This document shows positions 1-13,004 of a stretch of DNA of 58,237 bases, in pieces (positions within the stretch are counted from its first letter, which is position 1; every line of letters begins with the position of its first letter). Source of the DNA: Octopus sinensis. Taxonomy: Eukaryota. A program made the position numbers and the translations under genes. The notes below the pieces were generated by a model, which was not told the origin of the DNA, searched no databases, and saw only the letters and a program-made list of their open reading frames with translations. The stretch is from the NCBI RefSeq assembly GCF_006345805.1, contig NW_021833109.1:1-58237 (forward strand). Reading direction: 5' to 3'.

Positions 1-84
1 TTGCCATGTCCTCCACTGAGCTAAAAATACCAGCTTGCACTCTGTTTTAGGATATACAGAGATCAACTGCAATTAAAGTCTGTT

Positions 85-1250
<1,166 letters not shown>

Positions 1251-1434
1251 AGTGTACACTTCATATACATAGATACATATATTTGCTTGTCCACATCCAT
1301 TTTTTCCCCCATGTTAGCATGGCTTAAATGTATGCTATTGAAGTATTATTCTACAGTCAGATGTCCTTCCTGGTAAAAACCCTTGAATGCCTTTCAAATT
1401 AAGGCTTTCTTGTATTTGTTGTATTTAAATAAAT

Positions 1435-1613
1435 AGGCACAGGAGTGGCTGTGTGGTAAGTAGCTTGCTTACCAACCACATGGTTCCGGGTTCAATTCCA
1501 CTGTGTGGCACCCACCTTGGGCAAGTATCTTCTACTATAGCCTCGGGCCGACCAAAGCCTTGCGAGTGGATTTGGTAGACAGAAACTGAAAGAAGCCCGT
1601 CATATATAATATA

Positions 1614-1648
<35 letters not shown>

Positions 1649-1870
1649 TGTGGTATGTCATGTTGTTTGTTTTCTGCGTTTGTCCCCCTAGCATTGCTTG
1701 ACAACCGATGCTGGTGTGTTTATGTCCCCATCACTTAGCAGTTCGCAAAAGAGACCGATAGAATAAGTACTGGGCTTACAAAGAATAAGTCCCGGGGTTG
1801 AGTTGATCGACTAAAGGCGGTGCTCCAGCATGGCCGCAGTCAAATGACTGAAACAAGTAAGAAAAATAAA
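1435..1870 (+). mobile_element. tRNA-derived SINE family A (octopus-type), with internal (TA/TG) microsatellite
   Basis: Head GGAGTGGCTGTGTGGTAAG...GGTTCAATTCC has A/B-box-like motifs. Body CTTGGGCAAG...GGATTTGGTAGACAGAAACTGAAAGAAGCCC and tail CTCCAGCATGGCCGCAGTCAAATGACTGAAACAAG recur many times in the window. Confidence 0.9.
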
Positions 1871-2209
1871 TAAATATGTGTGTTTATCAGCCATATAATG
1901 ACACATGTGCTCCTCTAAGACTATTCTTTTCCTTCTCTCTGGACTTTTCCATCTTTCCTCTTTCTGACAAAGAGCCATGCTTGAAACATCAGCCCCACCT
2001 CCAGCCTCACCCCCACCACTTTTTACCATTTTAAACTTTCTCTGAGTGTTAATCTAATTATATTCACTGTGCACATCCTTTTTGACTTTTTGTTATTTTT
2101 CCTGTTCTTGTTTTTACTTGGGATTTACCTATACATCATCATCATCATCATCATCAACATCACCGTCGTCGTCATCGCCGTCACCACCACCACCACCACC
2201 ATCTTCTTT

Positions 2210-2293
2210 TAGTAGAAGATACTTGCCCAAGGTGCCATGCAGTAGGAGTGAACCTGGAACCATGTGGTTGGTTAGCAATCTATTTACTACACA
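2210..2293 (-). mobile_element. SINE family A, partial head
   Basis: Reverse complement of the family A head. Confidence 0.8.
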
Positions 2294-2569
2294 GATATAT
2301 ATATATATATATATAGGTATAAGAGGTGCTTAAAACCTCGAAGGGATGGTTAAATCCAAAGGTGCTCCTGGTGATTACCTGTGTAGGGACAGTCCTTGGT
2401 AAAAGGTATACTGTGGTAGGTAATTCGGCAGGTAAACTGTAGTTTAAATTATATGCAAGAAGAAAATGGAGGAAAAAAATAACAGGAAGAAGTTGGTCAT
2501 TTACGCTAGTAAGCCATTAATTAGCACAAACGACCAACTTCTTTCTGTTATTTTTCCTCCATTTTCTTC

Positions 2570-2611
<42 letters not shown>

Positions 2612-2619
2612 TACACACA

Positions 2620-2773
2620 TGATGGGCTTCCTTCAGTTTCCATCCACCAAATCCACTCACAAGGCTTTGGTCAGTCTGAGGCTATAGTAGAAGACACTTG
2701 CCCTGGGTGCCATGCAGTGGGACTGAATCAGGAACCATGTGGTTGGGAAGCAAGCTACTTACCACACAGCCAC
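2620..2773 (-). mobile_element. SINE family A, 5' half
   Basis: Reverse complement of the family A head and body. Confidence 0.85.
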
Positions 2774-2818
2774 ATATTTATGTATTTGTACATTAATTAT
2801 ATTAATTTTTAGTATGTA

Positions 2819-4105
2819 TGAAGGTGTACCCAAAAGAAACTAGAATTTTGCAATATTATTTTATTCACTTAGAATCATATGTTTACGCTTTTATTGACTT
2901 CAAAGTATATCTCCATTCTGAGCAATGCATCAGTCCAGACACATTTTCCCCTATTTGAAGCAGTCCTGGAACTCTTGCAAAGTGATGCCTTTTAATGCCT
3001 CCATCGTTTTTTTCTTCACCCCTTCCACAACGTTTTACCTTTAAGGACTTTTTTCATTTGGGGGAACAAAATAACAGTCATAAGGTGCAAGATTGGGGTG
3101 AATAGGGATGTTGGGTAAAGTGAGTCATGCTGATCTTGGTCAAAAACTGTCTCACACTCAAGACAGTGTGAACATGTGCATTGTCCTGACGAAACCACCA
3201 CTCCCCACTTTGTTTCAAGTTGGGGCATTTTCATCTCACTGAGTCTTACAAATGCTTCAGGACTTCCAAGTAAAATGTCTGGTTAACAGTCTGACCAGGA
3301 GGAAGAAATTTTGTGTGGACAATTTCTTTTGCATTGATGAAACAAACCAGACATTGGACTTCTCTATATGCGCTTTGTGGGGGCATGGTAACATTGAATG
3401 CTTCCATTGACTTGATTGCTGCTTTGTTTCCAGGTCGTAACCATAGCACCAGCTTTTATCACCAATGATATCGTTCAGAAAAAAGGTCCAGATCAACTTC
3501 TGTTCTTTCAGTTCAAGGCACCCATTCAGTTGTGACTGCTTTTGATGTTCTGTGAGCAAGTGAGGCACAAATTTCACTGCAACTCTTCTCATTCACAATT
3601 CCTCGCTCAGAATTCATTGGATGGAGTTCCAGGACTCACAAGTCATATCAACAACTTCATCAATTTGCTAGGCAACAGTCTTCAAAGATCAGTTCATGAA
3701 TTTTTGTGATGTTTTCATTCTATTAGGAGGTTGATGGTTGCCCTGAATGAGGTTGGTCTTCAAACAAGTGACCATTCTTAAAGCATTGAAACCACTTGTA
3801 AACTTGTGTCTTGCTCATGGCAGTGTCCTTGTAAGCTGTTTGAAGCATGACAACTGTTTCAGCTGCTATTTTCCCCAGGAGAAAACAGAATTTCATAGAA
3901 GCATGCTATTCTTTCATTTCTGCCATCACAAAAATTGACAAACAAAGCAAAGACACACCACATGCCAGTACAACATCATTTGATGCTGCTGGTCAGCAGA
4001 TTGATGCCTGGGGGGTCGCACCAAGTGGCTTCTAGTAGCAGAAGCCTGAACTACAATGGGCTTGACCCACAGAGAACATTTCTGGTTTTTTTTGGGTTCC
4101 CCTCT
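2819..4105 (-). mobile_element. Degenerate full-length mariner transposon (~1.29 kb)
   Basis: Imperfect TIRs TGAAGGTGTACCCAAAAGAAACTAGAA / rc AGAGGGGAACCCAAAAAAAACCAGAA, flanked by TA at 2817-18 and 4106-07. Minus-strand peptides include MRRVAVKFVPHLLT, IIGDKSWCYGYDLETKQQSSQW and KEIVHTKFLPPGQTVNQTFYLEVL. Confidence 0.9.
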
Positions 4106-5117
4106 TATGTATTTACGTATGTATGTATATACTTGATGTCATAAGAATTGTCTTGAAAGATCATGAAATAATTCCCTTTTTGGAACAGTGAATTATGAAG
4201 CGCATAAAGCTACAAATAAAGTAATAGTGTGTAAATATTGGAGTGAAAAACTCTTTTGAATAGAAAAGCCAAAGGATACCTGTGCGACTCAAACCCATAA
4301 CTCCTGTGGACATAATGTTCTACCATTGGCCCAAAGCAATCCTTCTAATTGCTTTTATGCATTTTAGAAATTTAATTCTTACCAATGAGAATTGTTAATT
4401 GTAAATATCAAGAATTTATAAACTTTGAGAGAAATTTGAAGGATTGTGTTGGTTCTGAAGTAGAATGTCAGTCATGTTTACAGGAGATTGGGGGTTCAAC
4501 TCTTTTGGGCAATCTTTTACTTTTTCTATCTAAAGGGGTTTTTTAAACCCAATATTTACATGCTGCTATATAAAGCTTTATTTAGTTTGAGATTCACCAT
4601 TCTAAAAACAGAATCATTTAATGTTCTCTTGAAGTTTATAAATTATCTATATTTGAACTAATGAAAAAGTGTTGTGTCGACACCCCCAGATGATGAAGTA
4701 GGCTAGCCCAATACGTAGATACAGAGGGAGAAGTCTAGATGTAGAGGTCATCTGAACGTGTGATATAACAGTGGCGAGGATTTCGTAGCGTAGCTCACGC
4801 AGTCACTGTGTAGTATTGCGATATAACAAGAAGTTTGTGTGTATGTTTGTAATAAGTTAAAAGTATATATAATTAATGCACAAAAAAAAAAAAAGGAAAT
4901 AGACACAGAATGTTGCCAAATTGTCATCACTTACTGGCCAGAGGGTCAAACACAATTTTGTGCCTTAACAATAATATTGCATTTCCTTCTGGTGGTGCTG
5001 ACAGCAAAATGCCACTGGGAATTGATAAGCCAAAGAACAAGACAAAAACTGAATAGACAAGAAATAAACAACTATGCAATATGGACATGCATATACATAT
5101 ATATGTATATATATCTA

Positions 5118-5159
<42 letters not shown>

Positions 5160-5163
<4 letters not shown>

Positions 5164-5400
5164 AAATTAGAGATAAAACCACTATTAGGCAACTCAAACA
5201 GTGATAGACATAAACCAAAACACAAAAAACAAAAAATAAATATAATTAATATAATATACAATATATATATAAAATATGAAATTTAAAATTTAAATTATTA
5301 AAATTTGAAATTTTAAAATTCATATTTATAAATTTTTATATTTTTATATTTAAAAATTTTTAAATACCTACTTCTCAAATGCAGTGGGTACTTTCTTCTA
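5160..5400. repeat. AT-rich dispersed repeat (probable Penelope-derived terminus) with small hairpin
   Basis: Reverse complement of 5160-5215 resembles 25600-25651. Imperfect 25-bp inverted repeat at ~5272-5327. Confidence 0.5.
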
Positions 5401-5403
5401 AAC

Positions 5404-6935
5404 CAACTTTTACTATTCTTTCAATTCTGTCTTGACAATGGTGTTACTCCAGAGCAGTGGAAAACTGCCAGTGTTATCCCTCTGTTCAAAAAAGGTGACC
5501 GCACATCGCCTGTCAACTATTGCCCCATTAGTCTTACTAGCTGCATCGCCAAACTGATGGAATCCTGTGTCAGAGAAACCCTCTGGAACTTCTGGAAGTC
5601 TCACAGCCTCATCCAGCTGTCACAATTTGGTTTTATTCCTAACTCCAGCAGCTGTAATCAACTCATTGAGTTTCTTGAGGACATTACCCGAATCACTGAT
5701 TGCGGATCCTGGGTGGATGTTGTTTACCTGGACTTTGCTAAGGCTTTTAATTCTGTGCCACACAAAAGACTTATGGTGAAACTCTCTGCAATGGATGTAA
5801 GAGACGATCTCTATAACTGGTTGAAGCCCTTTATTATCGTCTGAAAAGAGGTTGTCACAGTTCTAGGACAGCACGCTTCACCCTATGAGATGACATCTGG
5901 TGTACCACAGGGATCTGTTCTTGGCCCCCTTTTATTTGTTGCATATGTTAATGACATAGATGCCAACTTAAAGAATGCCACAGTGCTGAAATATGGCATC
6001 AAGCTGTACCTCAAAATAAAGAGGTCAGATCCTGTACACTATAGATCTCTATTGCAATCAGACCTGGACACAATGCAGCAGTGGATCATGGACTGGCAAC
6101 TCAAGCTGGCTGTGGACAAATGTACCACCATGCATTTTGGGAGGAAAAACCCAGCGTCGACATACTCCCTCCACAACACTAATCTCAAAAAGTCTTCTTG
6201 TGAACATGACCTGGGTGTTATTTTCGACAGCGATTTGCGTTGAGCAAAACACATTGCTAAAATTGCCAAGAAGGCTGAGGGTGTCTTGGCATCACTCACC
6301 AAGTCCTTTGTGAGCCGCTCTCCGGCTATCTATCTGTGGCTTTATATAGCTATGGTACGACCTCACCTGGAATTTGCATCACCGGTCTTGCCCAGGATAT
6401 TAATCATCTGGAAGCTGTTCAGCGACATGCAACCAAGAGAATACCCTCCATCAGGCATTTGCCATATTCTGAATGCCTTACTTCCCTGGGCATGGATACA
6501 TTGAAACTCTGACGTCTGGCAGCTGACTTGGCAGGCACCCATAAAATTATTAACCATCTTACAAACAATAACTCTGAGCACCTTTTCAAACTCCACCTGT
6601 CTAACACCTGTGGACATGTTTACAAAGTCAGAGAACAGCACAGTTCCCATGACTTTCGGAAACATTTTTTTACGCTAAGAGTTGCTGAAGCATAGAACAA
6701 ACTGCCAGCATCAGTTGTTAGTTGTCAGAGCACTGTATCCTTCAAAACTTCCATGCTTCCTGAGATTTGCCAACACTACACCTGATTTTCTCCCCTTCAT
6801 ACACACGCAAGCATGTATCTGACTCATACACTGTTCATTTTCCAGACATTTGTACATTACTGCATATACTTTATATGCACTTTTGACGAGTTGTAGTGCA
6901 TCTGAGCACTGTATACAATAATTTCATTATTATTA
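5404..6935 (+). mobile_element. 5'-truncated, frameshifted CR1-clade LINE (RT and 3' end)
   Basis: Peptides KTASVIPLFKKGDRTSPVNYCPISLTSC, QFGF, VYLDFAKAFNSVPH, SGVPQGSVLGPLLF and VRPHLEFASPV. The YADD region is deleted. Ends in an (ATT)n-like tail. Confidence 0.9.
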
Positions 6936-7349
6936 GTATACCGTATTTCTCGGCATCGAAAATGCTTTGTCCTTGAGAACACACCCTAATTTAGACAACC
7001 AAAAATTTGAAAAAAAAAATCATAAAAATAAGGTCCTGCCACTATGAGTCTTGTTACCTTTATACAGATGCAACGAAAAAACATCGCTGTAACCTTCAGC
7101 ATGCCGCTTAAAATTTTCCTTGCATTTATTTTAGCTGTTTGTCTAACACTTATTTGCGCTATCCCTTACATTGGCTAACTGTGACTGTCTCCTGTTGTGA
7201 CTCCACACTCTCGTCTGTAAAACTAACAAAACTGCTTTACCAGTTTGTTTTGTGGGACTGTCAGTACAGAGACATGGTACGGTAAGTTTACTCTCAAAGT
7301 TTACACCTACCGTTATGTACCCACTGTAATACTGAAACTACACCCCCGA

Positions 7350-7601
7350 CAGGGATGGATTCAGGAGGGGAGATAGGGGTCCCACCAATCAAGAAACTTT
7401 TCAAATTAGACTGTTTTGTTTAAATATGTATGATGGTAAGCATTTTATTTCTTGTACCAGCAACAAACAACCCTTGAAAGGTTCAGTATAAAAATTGATT
7501 TTTTTCAGTATCTCTGAACATATTACACTGTCATTTTGATCAATTGCAATGAATCAGACCTCAGGCCAATCCCCCACTAGAAATTTCTGGATCCACTCCT
7601 G
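7350..7601. mobile_element. Putative MITE nested in pogo element
   Basis: Ends CAGGGATGGATTCAG / rc CAGGAGTGGATCCAG. Possible decayed 8-bp TSD. Confidence 0.45.
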
Positions 7602-8201
7602 CACTCTGATACTCCAATTTGACTATTCATTGTTCAGCCCAGCATTGATTTTTATCTTCATGTGTTTCATAACGAAGGTTCTTGGCCTACAGTGTCTCAG
7701 TTCATGCAAGTGGACAGGGCTACAGCTGGTGCAGTATTTTAAGATTTTGGTAGTATTGGATGTAGACTTATACAGTACTGTTTTTTGTCCCAGACAAAGG
7801 AAAAACTAAACTCTATGATAGGAAAATTATTGTGAGAAATACGGAATAACATTTTATTGCACAGTTACACTTTGTCAAAATACCACATGAACGTGACATC
7901 CCAAATAGGACAAAATAAAAATAAAATAAGGATTACAGTAAAATCTACACAATAAAAAACATTTCAATCATAAAATCCTAAAAATATCTTACGTATTGCT
8001 ATCATTTATAGAAGTACCACACAAACATGACATCCCTAATAGAACAAAATAAAATACAGAACAGAAAACATGTTTTAATCTTCAAATCCAGAAAATATTT
8101 CACATTATTACCATTTGTAAAAATTTCACAGAGACATAATGAAACAAATGTTAAATTAAATTACAATGGAAAAAAATTTTTAAAGTGTGCAAATATTAAA
8201 T

Positions 8202-8344
8202 GTAAGTAGCTTGCTTACCAACCACATGGTTCCGGGTTCATTCCCACTGCGTGGCACCTTGGGCAAGTATCTTCTACTATAGCCTTGGGCTGACTAAAGC
8301 CTTGTGAGTGGATTTTGTAGATGGAAACTGAAAGAAGCCCGTCG

Positions 8345-8378
<34 letters not shown>

Positions 8379-8591
8379 CGTATATGTTTGTGTGTCTGTG
8401 TTTGTCCCCCCCAACATCACTTGACAACTGGTGTGTTTACATCCCTGTAACTTAGTGGTTCGGCAAAAGAGACCGATAGAAAAAGTACTAGGCTTACAAA
8501 GAATAAGTCCTGGGGTCAATTTGCTCGACTAAAGGCGGTGCTCCAGCATGGCTGCAGTCAAATGACTGAAACAAGTAAAAAACTAAAAGAG
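8202..8591 (+). mobile_element. SINE family A, nested in pogo element
   Basis: Family A head, body and tail with internal (TA/TG) tract. Confidence 0.9.
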
Positions 8592-8609
8592 TATGAGCAT
8601 AAGGAAAAT

Positions 8610-9870
8610 ATTTCACTCTTCAAATCCTGAAAACTAACTGAAGTCATCCTTAGCCCCAAAACCAGAAAAATCATTAGGGTTGCCAATACTGTGCCAAGTA
8701 TCTTCAAAGAGAATGTCTTCTTTTATGCCATCTAATGCATTACTGATGCCACATTTTTGAAATGATTTTACTACTACTTCAATTTTCACAGCGTTCCCTG
8801 ATTTCAGGACCCACTTGCACACTTGAGCAATTATTGGCCTTTTCAAATGACCTGTTGATGTTAGGTCATGGTCCTTGGCTCTCATCCACTGATTCCACTC
8901 TTCTTTCAAAAATGCCTTATAAGGCTTGTTGATTGATTGGTCCAGCACTGATAATTAGCTTGTTGAACCACCAGGGATCACTGCCATTTTCATTTTCAAT
9001 TTCTGCACCTTTTCTTTAATAGCCTTTGTTTTGTGAGCACAAAACTGGTCCCACACATGAAGGGATGGGTTTTTTTTAAGGAGGTCACCAGAACACCTTG
9101 ACCAGACCTTATCTAGCCATAACTTCACTCCCACTTCATCCATCCACCCCTTTAGGTGAATGTGAACAAAAATTCCATGTGGAATTTTGTCTCTTGATAA
9201 AGTTTTCCTGTTGAAAATAAGCAGTGGTGGCAGTATTGTTCCATCAGCACAACACAATAGTACCACAGTGTAATATGTTTTCTCATGTATAAATGTCTTT
9301 ACACTTATGGTTTTGGACCCTTTAACATCCATTGTTCTATTTGATACCACATCAAGCGTTAGTGACACTTAATCCATGTTTCTAATCTGACCCAGTTTAT
9401 AGTCAGTCTCTTTTCTTGCACTGATTATGAACCTGTGAAATTTGATTATTTTGTTATCATAATCTTCAGGCATTTTTTGTGTTATTCTTGTTTTCATTCT
9501 CATTGTCAGCCCATGTCTCTTCATAGATCTGTAACAACAGCTTGATGTACCATGAAAATCATCCAGACTTCATGCAGCTGCCCTCATTAATAATCATTTT
9601 TATTGATACTGCAAGACCCAAATTTCCTCTCCACAACTACCCACTCCTTCATCTCTTGCTCCAATTCTGGCCACTTAGCTGCAGTCTTATGCAGGTTATG
9701 TTTAAGTCTCGATGCAGGCTTCTACAGGTCCTCTTGTTTCTTTCAGTAGTGGATCATTTTCTCAGTTGGTGCTCCAAAATGCCTCTCTGTAGCCCTGTTG
9801 CCATGCTGTTTGGCATATTCAATCACTTGTAGCTTGTAGTCGATTGTGTAAGAGTATCTTCTGCTTGAGG
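8610..9870 (-). pseudogene. pogo-type transposase pseudogene (Brinker-like DBD and DDE_1 domain)
   Basis: N-terminus RYSYTIDYKLQVIEYAKQHGNRATERHFG. DDE_1 motifs EKTYYTVVLLCCADGTILPPLLIF, GWMD, VWDQFCAH, VIPGGSTS and LDQSINKPYK. Stops and frameshifts present. Confidence 0.9.
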
Positions 9871-10489
9871 TAGCCGTAATAATGGTTGTACTAAAAATTG
9901 TAAAATCTTATGATGCTGCGGATCAGTCCTAATATCAGCAGGTCCAGGTTTGAACTAGTTAAGACCATGGCTTTCAGAGATCAAGGAGGAAGACTATGTT
10001 GTTGACTGAACACAACACCTTTCATCAGAAAGACTGAGTAAGTGATTATGATTGTATTGTTATTAATATTTGCTTGTAAACACTTTTAACTGCATTTTTA
10101 ATAATGTTCCCTTAAAATCAGGTTGTTTGAAGAGAGTGACAATACCAGCAATATAAATACACATGTAAAATATCATTCGTGAGTTGCCTCATCTAGCACA
10201 CACTGCCCAAATGGGAATTAACTTTTGTGATTGTGTATATTTAAAAAAAATTTTATGTTACTTTTGTTTATTTGCTACTTTAACAAAGTATAATTTATAC
10301 ACTTCACTGAGTGGTCGTATACAAGGGATCAGATTACTGTCTAGCATAGACAATTTTCCTCTGGGGTTAAGATATGCCTATGGAAAATGCAACCTTTGCC
10401 CTCCAGGAGACATGGTAGATTTTCAAGACTTATATTAGGAAAAAAGTAGCGTCTTCGATGCTGGGAAATATGGTACATACATGCACGTA

Positions 10490-10830
10490 TATATATAGGG
10501 CATTCAGCTCACGATTGTAAGGTCATGAGCACACATATATATATAGGGCATTCAGCTCATGATTGTAAGGTCGTGAGTTCAATTCCCGGTGATGTGTTGT
10601 GTCCTTGAGCAAGACGCTTTATTTCATGTTGCTCCAGTCCACTCAGCTGACAAAAACGAGTTGTACCTGTATTTCAAAGGGCCAGTCTTGTCACACTTTG
10701 CGTTATGCTGAATCTCCCTGGGAACTATGTTAGGGGTACATATATCTGTGGATTGCTCAGTCACTTGCACGTTAATTTCACAAGCAGGCTGTTCTGTTGA
10801 TCGTATCATCTGGGACCCTTGTTGTAACCA
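10490..10830 (+). mobile_element. tRNA-derived SINE family B (CORE-like central domain), head partly duplicated
   Basis: GTCGTGAGTTCAATTCCCGG B-box, then TGTCCTTGAGCAAG and GCTCCAGTCCACTCAGCTG. About 41 nt of head repeated at 10489-10529 and 10535-10577. Confidence 0.85.
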
Positions 10831-10879
10831 ACGGAGTGCTCCTATATTTATATATATATATTATATAATAATAATTTGA

Positions 10880-11290
10880 GGGAATATTATTCCAGACTAA
10901 CAGGGAAAAATTCAATTTAGAAATACTAAATCAAATTTCACAAAATCTAATATATATATAAATTAGAAAAAACCCCACCTTTTATCAATTCAAAATGAAA
11001 AATTAAATTACACCATCTAGAAAATTACATATAATAGAAATATTAAAGATAAGATAAAAAATATACTGATGATTAAGTAATGTGCAAAATAATAAATAAA
11101 ACGTATATATAAGGTATATATACTTTATATATACGTTTTATTTATTATTTTGCACATTACTTAATCATCAGTATATTTTTTTATCTTATATTTAATATTT
11201 CTATTATATGTAATTTTCTAGATGGTGTAATTTAATTTTTCGTTTTGAATTGATAAAAGGTGGTTTTTTCTAATTTATATATATATATAT
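10880..11290. repeat. Near-perfect AT-rich palindrome (~165-bp arms, no spacer) with Penelope-like terminal segment
   Basis: Symmetry centre at 11118/11119. Left terminus AGGGAATA...CAGGGAAAAATTCAATTTAG is shared with 25208-25270. Confidence 0.85.
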
Positions 11291-11296
11291 ATATAT

Positions 11297-11338
<42 letters not shown>

Positions 11339-11447
11339 AAGTTAATCCAAACAAGAAAAACACAAAAACAAAAAAAAACACAACAACGCGAGGACGTGTT
11401 ACAAATAAAGTATTATTGGACGCTCAGGAAAGAAGGGAAGAAGGAGG

Positions 11448-11482
11448 GTTTAACGTTTCGAGTGGAGCTCTTCGTCGGAAAC
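11448..11482 (-). ncRNA. Variant minimal type I hammerhead-like motif
   Basis: Minus strand GTTT CCGACGA A GAG CTCCA CTC GAAACGT T AAAC: stem I GTTT/AAAC, stem II GAG/CTC, loop-less palindromic ACGT stem III. Core has U4C. Confidence 0.45.
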
Positions 11483-11619
11483 ATAAGAGAAGGAAAGATC
11501 CCGAGAAGGGAAGACAGAGGAAAAAAATGGCCAGTGGTACTCATGAGGTCACATGTTGAAAGACCGGAAGTAGAAAGGTGGAAGAATAATGTTTTTTAAA
11601 GACAGGAGAGTTTTCAAAG

Positions 11620-11718
11620 ACAGTATGGTAAAGAAAGTGAGAGGGGGATTGTGTGTGGATGTGTGCGTGCGGGGAGGTCTGTGTGTGCGCGTGTGTGTGT
11701 GTATGTGTGCAATGATGA

Positions 11719-11760
<42 letters not shown>

Positions 11761-12995
11761 TATGGCGAACAACTGGCTAGTAGCTGGCCAGTATGAAAGA
11801 ATTAAGGAGTGGTGTTTTTGGGTCCAGCCACAGGTCAAAAACAAAGAGGTATGTGTGTGTGCGTGTATGTATATGTATCGTGTGTGTGTTTTGTTTGTAG
11901 TGTGTGCGTGTGTATCTGTGTGTTCGTGTGTGTGTGCGTAGAGTTTGGATGTATGGTGAGTAACTGTGCTTAACTTAGTGTATGTGTGCGTGTGTGCTTG
12001 TACGTGCGTGTGTGTGTATATATATGTATGTATAATTGTGTGCGTGTATGTATAGTTGTGTGCCGTGTGTATGGGATGTATGTGTGGGTTCATTTGTATG
12101 TGCATGTAATTGTGTGCGCGTGTATGTGTGCATTTGTATGTGTGTGTGTGTAAGCGTATATGGATGTATATGCGTGTATCCGTGGGGTTGTGAGTTTTGG
12201 TTGCGTGCGTGTGTGTGTGCGTATATGTGCGCATGTTTTTGTGTGTGTATGTGTGTGTGTGTGTATGTGTGTATGTGTGTGTGTATGTATGTATGTATGT
12301 GTGCATGCGTGTATGTGTGTATGTATGTATGTGTGTGTATGTATATGTGTCGGTGTGTATGTGAATTTGAGTGTTTGTACGTGTGTATGTGTGTGTGTGT
12401 GTATTGCATATATATGTAAATGTGTGTGTGTGTGTGTGTACGTGCGTGCGAGTGAATGTATGTATATATGTGCGTGTGTGTACAAATGTAGAGGTTTATA
12501 TGTGTGTATATGTATGTATGCAAGCACACACTTTATAATTGAAAGATTGATGGAAAAAAAATCGGTGTGGGTGTATGTGAATCCACAGGCACACACATAC
12601 ATACACTGATGCACAACTGCAAGACAGCCAACCCCATATATATGTATGTATGTATGTATGTATGTGTGTGTATGTGTGTGTGTATGTGTGTGTGTGTATG
12701 TATGTATGTGTATGTATGTATGTGTGTGTGTGTATGTGTGTATGTATGTATGTATGTGCGTATGTGTGTAAGTGTGTGTGTGTATGTATGTATGTATCTG
12801 TGTGTGTATGTATGTATGTGTGCATGCGTGTATGTGTGTATGTATGTATGTGTGCATGCATGCATGTGTGTATGTGTGTATGTGTGTGTGTGTGTATGTG
12901 TGTAAGGCGAACAACTGGCTAGTAGCTGGCCAATATATATATATATATATACACATATACATATATACATATATACATATATACATAAGAACATA
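11620..12995. repeat. Long (TG/TATG) compound microsatellite
   Basis: Direct observation. Confidence 0.9.
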
Positions 12996-13004
12996 TATAT
13001 ATAG

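Larger units (their letters stand above)
6941..10473 (-). mobile_element. pogo/Tigger-family DNA transposon, full length with nested insertions
   Basis: TIRs CCGTATTTCTCGGCATCGAAAATGCT / rc CCATATTTCCCAGCATCGAAGACGCT (5 mismatches in 26). TA at 6939-40 and 10474-75. Confidence 0.88.

Noticed and set aside
4262-4345. tRNA-like sequence on the minus strand, and tRNA-like SINE heads elsewhere
   Set aside because: Only A/B-box-like remnants; no complete cloverleaf, and SINE heads continue into SINE bodies.
4688-4755. ATGATGA...CTGA resembling a C/D box snoRNA
   Set aside because: No terminal stem outside the boxes and no guide target I can recognise; such motifs are frequent by chance.
11066-11072. 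CTGATGA in the palindrome arm
   Set aside because: No stem II or GAAA follows, and it reads opposite to the inferred element orientation.
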